Assembly (NCBI GenBank): GCA_963692995.1 | Contig: OY843611.1 | Coordinates: 1,525,994 to 1,589,993 of the forward strand | Direction of reading: 5' to 3' | Length of the DNA: 64,000 nucleotides | Source of the DNA: Dehalococcoidia bacterium | Lineage (GTDB): Bacteria > Chloroflexota > Dehalococcoidia > Lucifugimonadales > UBA3495 | Part shown: positions 17,532-26,316 of the stretch, piece after piece | Position numbering within the stretch: position 1 is the first letter of the stretch | Layout of the letters: the number at the start of each line of letters is the position of its first letter | Notes under the pieces: generated by a model | The model's database searches: none | Told to the model about the DNA's origin: nothing | What the model saw: the letters and a program-made list of their open reading frames with translations, nothing else | Translations under genes and position numbers: made by a program

Positions 17532-18659
17532 ATGGACCTTGGCCTTTTCTACCAAATCCAGGTGCCCAAGCCCTGGGACGACCTGAGCGAAACCCGCAAG
17601 TTCCAGGAAATGATGGAGCAGGTGACCTTTGCCGAAGAGATCGGGATGACCTCCGTGTGGTTTGTGGAGCACCATTTCCGCTCAGAATGGTCCCATTCCA
17701 GCGCTCCCGACATCACGCTGGCTGCCTTGAGTCAGCGGACCACCAACATGCGCTTGGGAATAGCCGTCGTGCTGGCGCCCCTGCATCACCCGCTCAACAT
17801 CGCGTCCCGGATGGCTACTCTGGACGTAATCTCAGGTGGGCGAGTTAACCTGGGCATTGGCCGGTCCGGTTATCCCTACCAAATGTTGCCCTACGGCTCT
17901 GACCTGGCAGACGTCTCGGAGATGGTGGAAGAGTATCTGAAGATTATTCCCGGAGCGTGGACTGAAGAGACGTTCTCCTATGAAGGAAAGCACTACAACA
18001 TTCCGCCTCGGGAAGTCATCCCGAAACCGGTTCAGAAGCCCCACCCGCCAATCTGGCAGGCAGTGAGTCAAGAGTCCACGGCCGAGAAGGTTGGCCGGCA
18101 GGGCCTGGGCTGCCTGGCGCAAACCAGCGTTGGACTGGACCGGGCCGAGGGGCTTATCCAAATATACCGCGACGCCATCAAGAACCCCGAACCCGCGACG
18201 AAATTGGTGTATCCAAGGGTGGCCGGCAATACGGTGGGTCTCTGCATGGAGAACCGGCAGAAGGCGTTCCAACGGGCCGAAACCATCATCGACTGGTACC
18301 GGGAGCAGCAGCGTATCCGCGATTCATACGTCTGGCAGGGTTACGATCCTGCCAAGGTGCCGGAAGACTACCAGTGGCATTACCAGCGCGCAGTGCAGGC
18401 CGACACGGCCCGCGCCGACGCGGTCACATCGCGGGCCCTTATCGACGACGGCGGTCGCTTCTGCATCGGAAACCCCGACGACTGCATCAAATACATCGAG
18501 GATTACGAGCGAATGGGCGTCGATGAGATCATGCCCTTGTTCCAGGTCGGACCCGTCACCCACGAAGAAGTGATGGAGTCCCTGCGCCTTTTCGGAAAGT
18601 ACATCATCCCGCACTTCAAGGAGAAGGCGAAGAAAACAGCCCTCGTCGCTGACAACTGA
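17532..18659 (+). CDS. LLM class (luciferase-like) flavin-dependent oxidoreductase
   Basis: MDLGLFYQIQVP..., VWFVEHHF, GGRVNLGIGRSG; start at internal ATG 17532 of ORF 17487..18659. Confidence 0.8.
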   Translation: MDLGLFYQIQVPKPWDDLSETRKFQEMMEQVTFAEEIGMTSVWFVEHHFRSEWSHSSAPDITLAALSQRTTNMRLGIAVVLAPLHHPLNIASRMATLDVISGGRVNLGIGRSGYPYQMLPYGSDLADVSEMVEEYLKIIPGAWTEETFSYEGKHYNIPPREVIPKPVQKPHPPIWQAVSQESTAEKVGRQGLGCLAQTSVGLDRAEGLIQIYRDAIKNPEPATKLVYPRVAGNTVGLCMENRQKAFQRAETIIDWYREQQRIRDSYVWQGYDPAKVPEDYQWHYQRAVQADTARADAVTSRALIDDGGRFCIGNPDDCIKYIEDYERMGVDEIMPLFQVGPVTHEEVMESLRLFGKYIIPHFKEKAKKTALVADN

Positions 18660-18701
18660 CCAGGGCTGAAGCCTTCAAACTTGGAGTAAGTTGGCGGCGC
18701 T

Positions 18702-19895
18702 TTAGTGCAAAAGCGCGGCGAGATCCGGGTGCAGCGCGCTCTCCGGTTTGCTTATCCCGGCATAGCGCAATCGCGCCAGGTACTGCCTGACGTAACCCGC
18801 GCGCAAAAGTTCCACCGCCGCCATTCCACCCGCCATTCCGGCTATGGAGCCGCCAGCGATGATAGCCATCGCTTCCCAAAGCACTGAATCTCTCAGCTCA
18901 CCGGCCATATCCTTTTCGATGGAGCCGAGGATGCGCCGCAGCGAAACGCCGAAGTCCACGCCCTTGACTGCTACTGTTGACTTGAGCATCGCCATTCCAT
19001 AGGCCAGGTGACGCGCTTTGTCTTGCAGGCATAGCGCGAACAGTTTGCGATCAACCGGATTGGTGGCGAAGTGGGTTCCGAAGCGGTACAGCAGCAGCGA
19101 TAACGTGCCGCGCGCGAGATACAGTGAAACGGAAACTTCCGGCCAGCCGGCCCGGGTTTCCACCATGCGGCGGTTCATGAAGCCGGCAGATTCCAAGCCC
19201 AAGGCTCCGCCGTTGCAAAGGGCGCGATGCCGCATGGCCTCAAAATGGCGGGCAGAATCGAACTCTTGCGTCGCCAGGAACATCTTCGGTTCGATGTAAG
19301 CGTAGTTCATCCGATGCAGCCAAAGACCGATGGTGTCGATCTCAGCGGTCGCGTGATGGCCCAGTTCGGTGCATAGTTGACACCAGGCCAGCTCCAGGGC
19401 TTCAGGTTGGTCCGGCAGATCCGCCCAGGCAATATCCTGCATGGCGTTCCACCGCCGCTGGACCGCTTCTTCATAAAGCGTTGCGGCATTGTCGGCCCAC
19501 AGTTCGTCCTTACGGTTGACGGAATAGTTGTCCAGGCGCGGAATGCCTGGCGTGGCAAAAGAACCCCGCGGCATCCTGGTCATTTCGCGGCTTTCCTCCG
19601 GGATCTCACCGTAGAGGCCGGTCATTATGGACTCTACCGTCAGTCCGTGAGGGGTCAATCGCGCCCGCGTGCCCCATTGGCGAGTATCATTCATCCAGGG
19701 GAAACGATCCGAAGGCGATTGGGGCGCGACGGGTTCCGCCGAAGCTTGATCCGGTAGCTCCGTTGGCGTCGTTTCGGGCTCGGCGCCGTCCGCTATGTCC
19801 TGTTGGACACGTTCGGCGGCAGAGGAGTGGTAGCGACCGGTGGGATCGCTGTCATCAACGTTCGGATTCTCGGGAGCATCGCTATTGGTGGTCAT
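18702..19895 (-). CDS. Ferritin-like four-helix-bundle protein, degenerate paralog of the upstream diiron protein
   Basis: 397 aa; aligns by eye with the 367-aa neighbour (LYEEAVQRRW.., MFLATQEFDSARH, ALCNGG, QDKARHLAYG) but lacks the Glu ligands; acidic/Pro-rich N-terminal about 130 aa. Confidence 0.5.
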   Translation of the reverse strand: MTTNSDAPENPNVDDSDPTGRYHSSAAERVQQDIADGAEPETTPTELPDQASAEPVAPQSPSDRFPWMNDTRQWGTRARLTPHGLTVESIMTGLYGEIPEESREMTRMPRGSFATPGIPRLDNYSVNRKDELWADNAATLYEEAVQRRWNAMQDIAWADLPDQPEALELAWCQLCTELGHHATAEIDTIGLWLHRMNYAYIEPKMFLATQEFDSARHFEAMRHRALCNGGALGLESAGFMNRRMVETRAGWPEVSVSLYLARGTLSLLLYRFGTHFATNPVDRKLFALCLQDKARHLAYGMAMLKSTVAVKGVDFGVSLRRILGSIEKDMAGELRDSVLWEAMAIIAGGSIAGMAGGMAAVELLRAGYVRQYLARLRYAGISKPESALHPDLAALLH

Positions 19896-19974
19896 AATCC
19901 CTCACGATACGTCTAACGGCCCGCCGACCTTGGGACGACGGGCCGTCGGCATGGTCACCGCCGATTTTCCCGCA

Positions 19975-21078
19975 TCAGGCGGCTGCCTTGTACGCCTCCA
20001 GCAAAGCGGGATTGACGCGACCGCTTTCGATGCGGTCGTCGAACCCGCAGGACTTGAGCCGCTGGAAGTATTCTTTGACCTGCCGCTGTCGGATGGCGGC
20101 CAGTATCTTTTGTCCTTCCTCTGCTTTATCGGACCCGCCGCCCAGGAGGATGGCCAGCGATTCGGCGGTGAGGTTTGCGCTGCGGGCGGCCGGGTTCTCG
20201 CCACCGTTGCCGGTAGCCTGCCGGTCTTCAGCTTCATCCAGGTAATAGTGCATTTCTTCCCGGCGCTCCGGGGTGCATTCGTTCATGTATCGCGCATGCA
20301 GTACGCCAAAGGCCACGTGGCGGGCTTCGTCTTGAGCAGCGCGCCGGTAGATGGCCTTCTCGGCTTCGTTGTAGGCCATCAGTTCGCCCAGGCGGAACAG
20401 GGTCAAGACGTTCCCCTCGCCCACGATGTGCAACCGGCTGGAAAGTTCGGTGAACTCCCGGGCATTGTCGGTGCTGCCCCCGGTGACGTCGCTGACGGAA
20501 TCGATCATCCGCATCAGGCCGCCACCATTAGCCAGGGCTCGCTTGCGGAAGACTTCCATGTGACGCGATTCGTCCATCACCTGCGTCAACAGGAACATCC
20601 GCACTTCGTGGTAGTCCGGTGACATCTGTGAGATGAAACGTCCGGGCACGTCGGCGGCGACAAATTCAACTTGAGCGAAGAATGTGGCTAATTGACATTC
20701 CGCCGCCTCAATGTCGTCGGGCAGCGGCCGCAGCGTTTCCCAGGGAATATCCGTGGCCGAGGACCACTGGCGGGACACGGCTTCCTGATAAAGCTTGGTC
20801 AGGTTAAAGCCCCACACTTCCTTCTTGTCCCGAAAGGTATATGCCGAAAACTGCGGGATCCCCTCCCGAGGCACCGCTCCGCGCATGCGTTGCGTTTGGT
20901 TGGGAGATTCGTCCAGCAAATCCGGGGTGTTTTCAGCCAGGGTCGGGTCCCGTTTCAACTCTTCCGCGGAGCCGGGAACCTGGTCCTTGATCTGTTGCAG
21001 CCAGGACAGGCTGAAACCGTTCTGTAGCGCCTGTTCCATCTCCACGGTGCTGCGATCTTGCAAAGTAGCCATGAGCAA
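19975..21078 (-). CDS. Ferritin-like diiron-carboxylate protein (oxygenase/oxidase-like)
   Basis: 367 aa; E138..(32)..E170-S-R-H173 and E221..(30)..E251-A-R-H254 (ORF numbering), the duplicated E...ExxH signature of diiron four-helix bundles. Confidence 0.55.
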   Translation of the reverse strand: MLMATLQDRSTVEMEQALQNGFSLSWLQQIKDQVPGSAEELKRDPTLAENTPDLLDESPNQTQRMRGAVPREGIPQFSAYTFRDKKEVWGFNLTKLYQEAVSRQWSSATDIPWETLRPLPDDIEAAECQLATFFAQVEFVAADVPGRFISQMSPDYHEVRMFLLTQVMDESRHMEVFRKRALANGGGLMRMIDSVSDVTGGSTDNAREFTELSSRLHIVGEGNVLTLFRLGELMAYNEAEKAIYRRAAQDEARHVAFGVLHARYMNECTPERREEMHYYLDEAEDRQATGNGGENPAARSANLTAESLAILLGGGSDKAEEGQKILAAIRQRQVKEYFQRLKSCGFDDRIESGRVNPALLEAYKAAA

Positions 21079-21195
21079 CCCCTTCTTCGCCAGAATGACG
21101 GAATTATGGTCGCAATTTACCCGATACGCCGTTTTATCGTCAAGAGTATCGGAGCCTTACCCAAAGTTTAGCTCCCCGCGCCCAGCGGAAAACGC

Positions 21196-21915
21196 TTAGC
21201 GGTTCCGGAGCGCCGAGGCTCCGATGCGCCGCTCGGTGCCGTTAGCAATCCGCCGGATGTTGTCCCGATGTTGCCAGATAATGACGGCTCCCCCGATGAA
21301 GGCGTACAGCGTGTACAGTCCACTGTACCCGGCCAGGAGCATAAGCGCCAGGCTCACTGCGGCCACCGTCAAGGTGCCGGCGATGCTTCCCAGGGAAAGG
21401 TATCGGCTCGACAACGTGATCACCACGAAGAGCGTCGCTCCAATCGCCGCCACCCACGGAGCCATCACCGACAAGCTTCCCATCCCCGGCAGGATGCCGC
21501 GACCGCCGCGGAATCTCAAGAAAACCGGCCAGTTGTGTCCGCACAGCGCGAATAAAGCGGCGACTACCTCCGGTTCTCCCAGCCCGATCACCGAGCGGGC
21601 CAGTAGCGCTGCCAACACACCCTTTCCCGCATCCAGCACGAATACCAGGACCGCAGCTTTCCCGCCGGCGGTCCGGAGGATGTTGGACATTCCGGTGCGG
21701 CCACTGCCGAAGTCTCGAATGTCCTCTCCCATGGTCAGGTTGACAAATATGTACCCCCATGAAATCGACCCGGTCAGGTAAGCCACGGCGCAAACCATTG
21801 CATACCGCGCCGGCAGGGCAACTTGCGATGCGGTCTCCGACAACACGAGGCCAGCGGCCGCCAGAAATAGCGCCGTGAGTAACATGGCCCAAGTTGCCGG
21901 TGTCGGGCGCCGCAT
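21196..21915 (-). CDS. plsY: Glycerol-3-phosphate acyltransferase PlsY
   Basis: Membrane protein with DIRDFGSGRTGMSNILRTAG, VLDAGKG, GHNWPVFLRFRGGRG motifs. Confidence 0.8.
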   Translation of the reverse strand: MRRPTPATWAMLLTALFLAAAGLVLSETASQVALPARYAMVCAVAYLTGSISWGYIFVNLTMGEDIRDFGSGRTGMSNILRTAGGKAAVLVFVLDAGKGVLAALLARSVIGLGEPEVVAALFALCGHNWPVFLRFRGGRGILPGMGSLSVMAPWVAAIGATLFVVITLSSRYLSLGSIAGTLTVAAVSLALMLLAGYSGLYTLYAFIGGAVIIWQHRDNIRRIANGTERRIGASALRNR

Positions 21916-21935
21916 AGCTGCTACCGGTGAGACAA

Positions 21936-23651
21936 TCAGCGCCTGCCGCTGCGAATTCCCGACCTCGATTTCAATTCCGCCCGCTCTGGCCGGAAAATCA
22001 GTCGCAGGTGGGTGCGATCAAACCCGAAGCGGTTGCGGATCTGGTTTTCCAGATAACGTTGATAAGAGAAATGCAGCAGCTTGGGGTCGTTCACCGAGAA
22101 AACGAACGTGGGAGGATTGACCCCCACTTGACGCACTCTCCGGATGCGCAGTCGGTTTCGGATATTGCCCCGTTGCGAGGGTGGGCTGTGGGTCGATACG
22201 GCGTCGGCAAGGAGGTACTGAAGCTCCCGGAACGGTACCCGCTTTTGGCGCTCTTGCCAAAGCGATAGCGCCGTATCCAGCAGGTCGTCAATCCCATCCC
22301 CGGTCAAAGCCGACGTGAAGCATACTGGCACGTAAGGCATGAAATGCAACCGTTCCTGAACCCGGTGCAAGCTGCGCTCCATGCGAAAACGGTTCTGGTT
22401 GACCAAATCCCACTTGTTGACCACGACGATGAGGCCCCGGCTGGTGTCCCAGGCCAGTCCCGCGATATGCGCGTCCTGGGACGTGGCCAACTCGGTGGCG
22501 TCGGTTATCAACAACGTAATGTCGCTGCGGTGCACCGCGTTGACGGCGCGCAGAACGCTGTATCTCTCAATACCCCGTTCTACTTGCCCCGGCCGACGGA
22601 TGCCAGCGGTGTCCACCAATGTGATGGTATGGTCGCGATACGACACCGAAGTATCCAATGCGTCCCGTGTAGTGCCGGCCACCGGACTGACGATGCTCCG
22701 CTCTTCCCCGATGATGCGGTTGGTCAGCAGGGATTTGCCCACGTTGGTTCGGCCTACAATAGCCAAACGGAGTTCGGTGGGCGCCTCATACGGCGCTTCA
22801 TCGCCGCCGCCGTCTCGTGCGTCATCCTCCCACCAATCATCCTCGCCAATGGCCGTAGCATCTTCGTCCTCCCACAGGTCGGCCAATTCCGGTTGCGGGA
22901 GCAAATCCACAATCCGTTCCAGCAGGTCGTAGATGCCGTAATTGTGATAGGCCGAGATGAAGGCGGTCTCGGTCAACCCCAGCCCGTAAAACTCCACTGC
23001 CGCCATTTCGCGGTTTTCGTTGTCCACTTTGTTGACGGCGAGCAGAACGGGCTTATCGGTGCGGCGGAGCCGTTGGGCCACGGCCTCGTCGGTGGCGGTA
23101 AGCCCCTGGATTGCGTCGGCCAGGAACACGATGACGTCGGCGGCGCCCATGGCCATATCGGCCTGCTGCCGGACACGCTGCGGTATATGACCTTCAGGAT
23201 CATCCTCAAGACCCCCGGTGTCCACCAGCAGAAAAGGCCGACCCTTCCAAGTGGCGCGTGCAATGAGACGGTCGCGCGTGGTGCCGGACACTTCAGACAC
23301 AATGGCATGGCGACGGGACAGTATCCGGTTGAATAGAGACGACTTGCCCACGTTGGGCCGGCCGATGATCGCAACCATCGGATCCGCGGCAATCACCGGC
23401 GTCGGCAGCTGTGGACTGCTCGAAACTCCGACGACATCAGCGGCGTCTTCAGTAGGATCCGTGGCAATCACCGGCGTCGGCAACTGTAGGCTGCTTGAAA
23501 CTCCGGCGACATCAGCGGCGTCTTCAGTAGGATCCGTGGCAATCACCGGCGTCGGCAGCTGTGGACTGCTCGCAACTCCGGCGACATCAGCGGCGTTTTC
23601 GGTGGTCATTTCCAATCTGCTTCTATCGTCTGATGCGTTGGGCGTCATCAT
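21936..23651 (-). CDS. der: Ribosome-associated GTPase Der (EngA) with a repeat-containing N-terminal extension
   Basis: Two GTPase domains (GRPNVGKSS...DTGG...NKVD; GRTNVGKSLL...DTAG...NKWD) plus KH-like C-terminus. The first ATG overlaps the argF-like stop (ATGATGA). Alternative canonical start is ATG 23378 (MVAIIGRPNVGKS). Confidence 0.85.
   Translation of the reverse strand: MMTPNASDDRSRLEMTTENAADVAGVASSPQLPTPVIATDPTEDAADVAGVSSSLQLPTPVIATDPTEDAADVVGVSSSPQLPTPVIAADPMVAIIGRPNVGKSSLFNRILSRRHAIVSEVSGTTRDRLIARATWKGRPFLLVDTGGLEDDPEGHIPQRVRQQADMAMGAADVIVFLADAIQGLTATDEAVAQRLRRTDKPVLLAVNKVDNENREMAAVEFYGLGLTETAFISAYHNYGIYDLLERIVDLLPQPELADLWEDEDATAIGEDDWWEDDARDGGGDEAPYEAPTELRLAIVGRTNVGKSLLTNRIIGEERSIVSPVAGTTRDALDTSVSYRDHTITLVDTAGIRRPGQVERGIERYSVLRAVNAVHRSDITLLITDATELATSQDAHIAGLAWDTSRGLIVVVNKWDLVNQNRFRMERSLHRVQERLHFMPYVPVCFTSALTGDGIDDLLDTALSLWQERQKRVPFRELQYLLADAVSTHSPPSQRGNIRNRLRIRRVRQVGVNPPTFVFSVNDPKLLHFSYQRYLENQIRNRFGFDRTHLRLIFRPERAELKSRSGIRSGRR
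23381..23605 (-). repeat. Three tandem 75-bp repeats (25 codons each) at the 5' end of der
   Basis: Units start at 23381, 23456 and 23531 (GATCCG(C/T)GGCAATCACCGGCGTCGGCA...); about 90% identical pairwise by eye; encode DPTEDAADVAGVSSSLQLPTPVIAT-type repeats. Confidence 0.9.
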
Positions 23652-24610
23652 CCCAGCAAAAACTCCAATATGGCCTTCTGGGCATGCAGGCGGTTGTGTG
23701 CCTGTTGGTAGGCCACCGATTGCGGGTGTTCGAGCATTCCGGGGGGTACTTCCTCACCGTAATGGGCCGGCATATCGTGCATGAAACATGCATCGGGAGC
23801 GGCTCGTTTCATCATAGCGTCGTCCACTGTATAGCCCCGGAAAGCGCGGAGGCGCTGCTCGGTTTCCGCCTCGTCGCCCATGCTAGTCCAAACGTCGGTG
23901 TACACAACGTTCGCGTCGGTCACGGCGTCGGAGGGACGCACCAGGGGATGCACGGTCGGACGGGGGCCGCCGTCGGCACGGCTGCCGCGCTCGCTGGCGT
24001 CGGCGAATAGGGACTCCTCCAGTTGATAGCCGTGGGGCGCGGCAATGGAGAAATTCATGCCGACTGCCGGGCATCCCAGGCACAGGCTCCGCGCCACGTT
24101 GTTGCCGTCGCCGATGTACGCGAGATTCAACCCGTCGGTCCGGCCGTGTGTCTCGGCGATCGTCAACAGGTCGGCCATCGTTTGGCAGGGGTGTTCGACA
24201 TCGGATAGCGCATTTACAACCGGAACACCTCCGTACCGTGCCAAGCCAACCAGGGATTCGTGAGAGTTGACGCGGGCCACGATGCAGTCCACATAACCGC
24301 TCAGCACCCGGGCAACGTCGGATACTGGTTCACGCCTTCCCAATCCTACCTCCTCCGGGCTCATGTAAAGGCTGAAGCCGCCAAGCTCAGCAATCCCGAT
24401 CTGGAAACTGACCCGGGTCCTCAGGGATGGCTTTTCAAACAGCAGCGCCACGCGCTGGCCGGCCAGCGGTAGCGCGTCGCCCGATGCAGCGGCCTTCAGT
24501 TCCTGCGCCCGAGCGATTAGCCGCCGGGTTTCTTCTGGGGAAACATCGGTGATGGAGAGGAAGTCCCGTTTCGCAGGCATGTTCAATAATAGACTCCAGG
24601 CCACATTCAT
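23648..24610 (-). CDS. argF: Ornithine carbamoyltransferase-like transcarbamylase
   Basis: FEKPSLRTRVSF, HPCQ, YTDVWTSMG, C-terminal NRLHAQKAIL; the expected HCLP motif reads HDMP; alternative start MPAKRDFLSI at 24580. Confidence 0.75.
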   Translation of the reverse strand: MNVAWSLLLNMPAKRDFLSITDVSPEETRRLIARAQELKAAASGDALPLAGQRVALLFEKPSLRTRVSFQIGIAELGGFSLYMSPEEVGLGRREPVSDVARVLSGYVDCIVARVNSHESLVGLARYGGVPVVNALSDVEHPCQTMADLLTIAETHGRTDGLNLAYIGDGNNVARSLCLGCPAVGMNFSIAAPHGYQLEESLFADASERGSRADGGPRPTVHPLVRPSDAVTDANVVYTDVWTSMGDEAETEQRLRAFRGYTVDDAMMKRAAPDACFMHDMPAHYGEEVPPGMLEHPQSVAYQQAHNRLHAQKAILEFLLG

Positions 24611-24677
24611 CGACCGGCGCTATGATAGCATAAAGCCACCCAAAGAACTGGTTTTCGTCCCGAAGATAGGAGCGATA

Positions 24678-25097
24678 ATGACCGAACACCGCAACGGCGC
24701 TGGAAACGGATTAGTCCCGGGTTTGATTGGGCGGCGCGACGTACTGGTTTGCGAGCACAATGCGGCGCCCCACGTCGCCAAGCTCAGTACGCCGTCAATG
24801 ATCCGCGCAATGGAACAGGCCTCGCAACGGGCGATACTTGATTATTTGCCCGCCGAAGAGTCAACGGTGGGTTTCGAGGTAAATATTCGGCACGTTGCCG
24901 GGGCCGACATCGGCGCCACTGTCGTCGCCGTAGCCGAGCTGGAGCGCATTGACGGGCGTTGGCTTTATTTCAGGGTCGAGGCTTTCGACGGCGACCGCAC
25001 CATCGGCGTCGGAACCCACCGCCGCGCCATCATCACCCTGCCGCCTGAAGCTGCGAACCGTGGTGGTGGCAACGATAGCCACACTCACGAACTTTGA
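24678..25097 (+). CDS. Hotdog-fold thioesterase
   Basis: Internal ATG 24678 with GGAG upstream; LSTPSMIRAMEQAS...TVGFEVNIRHVAGADIGATV...GVGTHRRAII pattern. Confidence 0.6.
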   Translation: MTEHRNGAGNGLVPGLIGRRDVLVCEHNAAPHVAKLSTPSMIRAMEQASQRAILDYLPAEESTVGFEVNIRHVAGADIGATVVAVAELERIDGRWLYFRVEAFDGDRTIGVGTHRRAIITLPPEAANRGGGNDSHTHEL

Positions 25098-25129
25098 CCG
25101 GCATCCGGTCGGCTTAGGTCTGCGAACAG

Positions 25130-25162
25130 AACCGGCGCCGGATCGATACCGGCGCCGGTTTT
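25130..25162. terminator. Bidirectional hairpin terminator between convergent genes
   Basis: Perfect 12-bp stem AACCGGCGCCGG / CCGGCGCCGGTT with 7-nt loop ATCGATA, followed by TT on the plus strand. Confidence 0.6.
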
Positions 25163-25182
25163 GCTCGACAATTTGATGGAGC

Positions 25183-26232
25183 CTACAGGTTGAACTGCGG
25201 ATCCAGGTATTCGTCGTCCTTCTGGTAAACCTGGAGCCGCGAACGCAGGGTGTCGCACACCAGGAGCCGATTGTTGGCGCGGTCGAACGTTACGCCCATC
25301 GGCATCCGGAAAGTCCGTTGCTGCTGTTCCAGGTCCGGAACGCGGCGGCGGGCCTTGACCATGTCCGGGTTGGCGTTCAGGGACAGGTCGCCCCATTCCG
25401 ACACCTCGGTAGCGTCGCCTTCCAGATAGGCCATGGGACGGGCATCCGCGTCGTAGATCACCACGCGCTCGTTGAGCCAGTCCGCCACATAAACGTCGCC
25501 TTCGTTGTCAATCGTCACATCCAGGGGATGGTTCAACTCGCCGGAGCGGGTGCCCCGGCTTCCGAAAGTGCGTAGATGGGTGCCACCGGGGGTGTACTTC
25601 TGCACCCGATGGTTGCCCCAGTCAGCAATATACAGGTCGCCAGCGGCATCGATGGCTATGCCAGAAGGCATTTCCAGGTCTTCCGGGCCATTTCCCTTGA
25701 CGCCAAAGCCGCCGAGGTACTCGCCGTCCTTGCTGAACTTTTGGATTCGGCTCGATCGGGACGAAACTACCCAGAGGTTGTCGTCGGCGTCGAAGGCCAA
25801 TCCGGCCGCGCCGCTGAGCTGGCCTTCACCGTCACCAGCCTCGCCCCAATGCTTCTGCAGGTCCCCGTCGGCGTCGAACACGGCCACCATGTTCTTCCAC
25901 TCGTCGGAAGCATACACATTGCCGGCGGAGTCGGCAGCGATCCCGGTGATCCACTCGAACAAACCCCGGGAACTGGCCTGATAAGCGATCCCTTCCCGGC
26001 CAAACTCGCCCAGGAACTCCTCGCCACCCTTCCCATCGGTGTTGCCGATAGTGCACTTGGTGATTCGTGCGCTGGGATTCTGCTCGCCGCCACGGCTGGC
26101 GACGTACATCGTCCCGTCGTCAAGAGCTACTACTCCGACCGGCTGGCTGAAGCCCATCCCCACCTGACCCTGGCGGCCAACGTTCTTGACGTACAGCCAT
26201 GCCCGACCGCTTGCTACGGTATTCTGGGCCAT
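25183..26232 (-). CDS. NHL repeat beta-propeller protein
   Basis: 349 aa; six repeats of the type G.F..P.GIA.D..GN.YV.D..N.R.Q.F (e.g. GIAADSAGNVYASD, GLAFDADDNLWVVS, GIAIDAAGDLYIAD, DVTIDNEGDVYVAD); no signal peptide. Confidence 0.75.
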   Translation of the reverse strand: MAQNTVASGRAWLYVKNVGRQGQVGMGFSQPVGVVALDDGTMYVASRGGEQNPSARITKCTIGNTDGKGGEEFLGEFGREGIAYQASSRGLFEWITGIAADSAGNVYASDEWKNMVAVFDADGDLQKHWGEAGDGEGQLSGAAGLAFDADDNLWVVSSRSSRIQKFSKDGEYLGGFGVKGNGPEDLEMPSGIAIDAAGDLYIADWGNHRVQKYTPGGTHLRTFGSRGTRSGELNHPLDVTIDNEGDVYVADWLNERVVIYDADARPMAYLEGDATEVSEWGDLSLNANPDMVKARRRVPDLEQQQRTFRMPMGVTFDRANNRLLVCDTLRSRLQVYQKDDEYLDPQFNL

Positions 26233-26316
26233 AGTTATTCCTCCACTTGCTCTGCGTTGGTCAGGACGGCGGCGCCAAATCGAAGCGCCGCCGCCGTTTT
26301 CGTTGGGCCGATGAAC

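Noticed and set aside
23381-23605. Considered whether the regularly spaced repeats are a mini-CRISPR array
   Set aside because: The units are directly adjacent with no spacers. At 75 nt they are too long, they are in frame inside the der ORF, and there are no cas genes.
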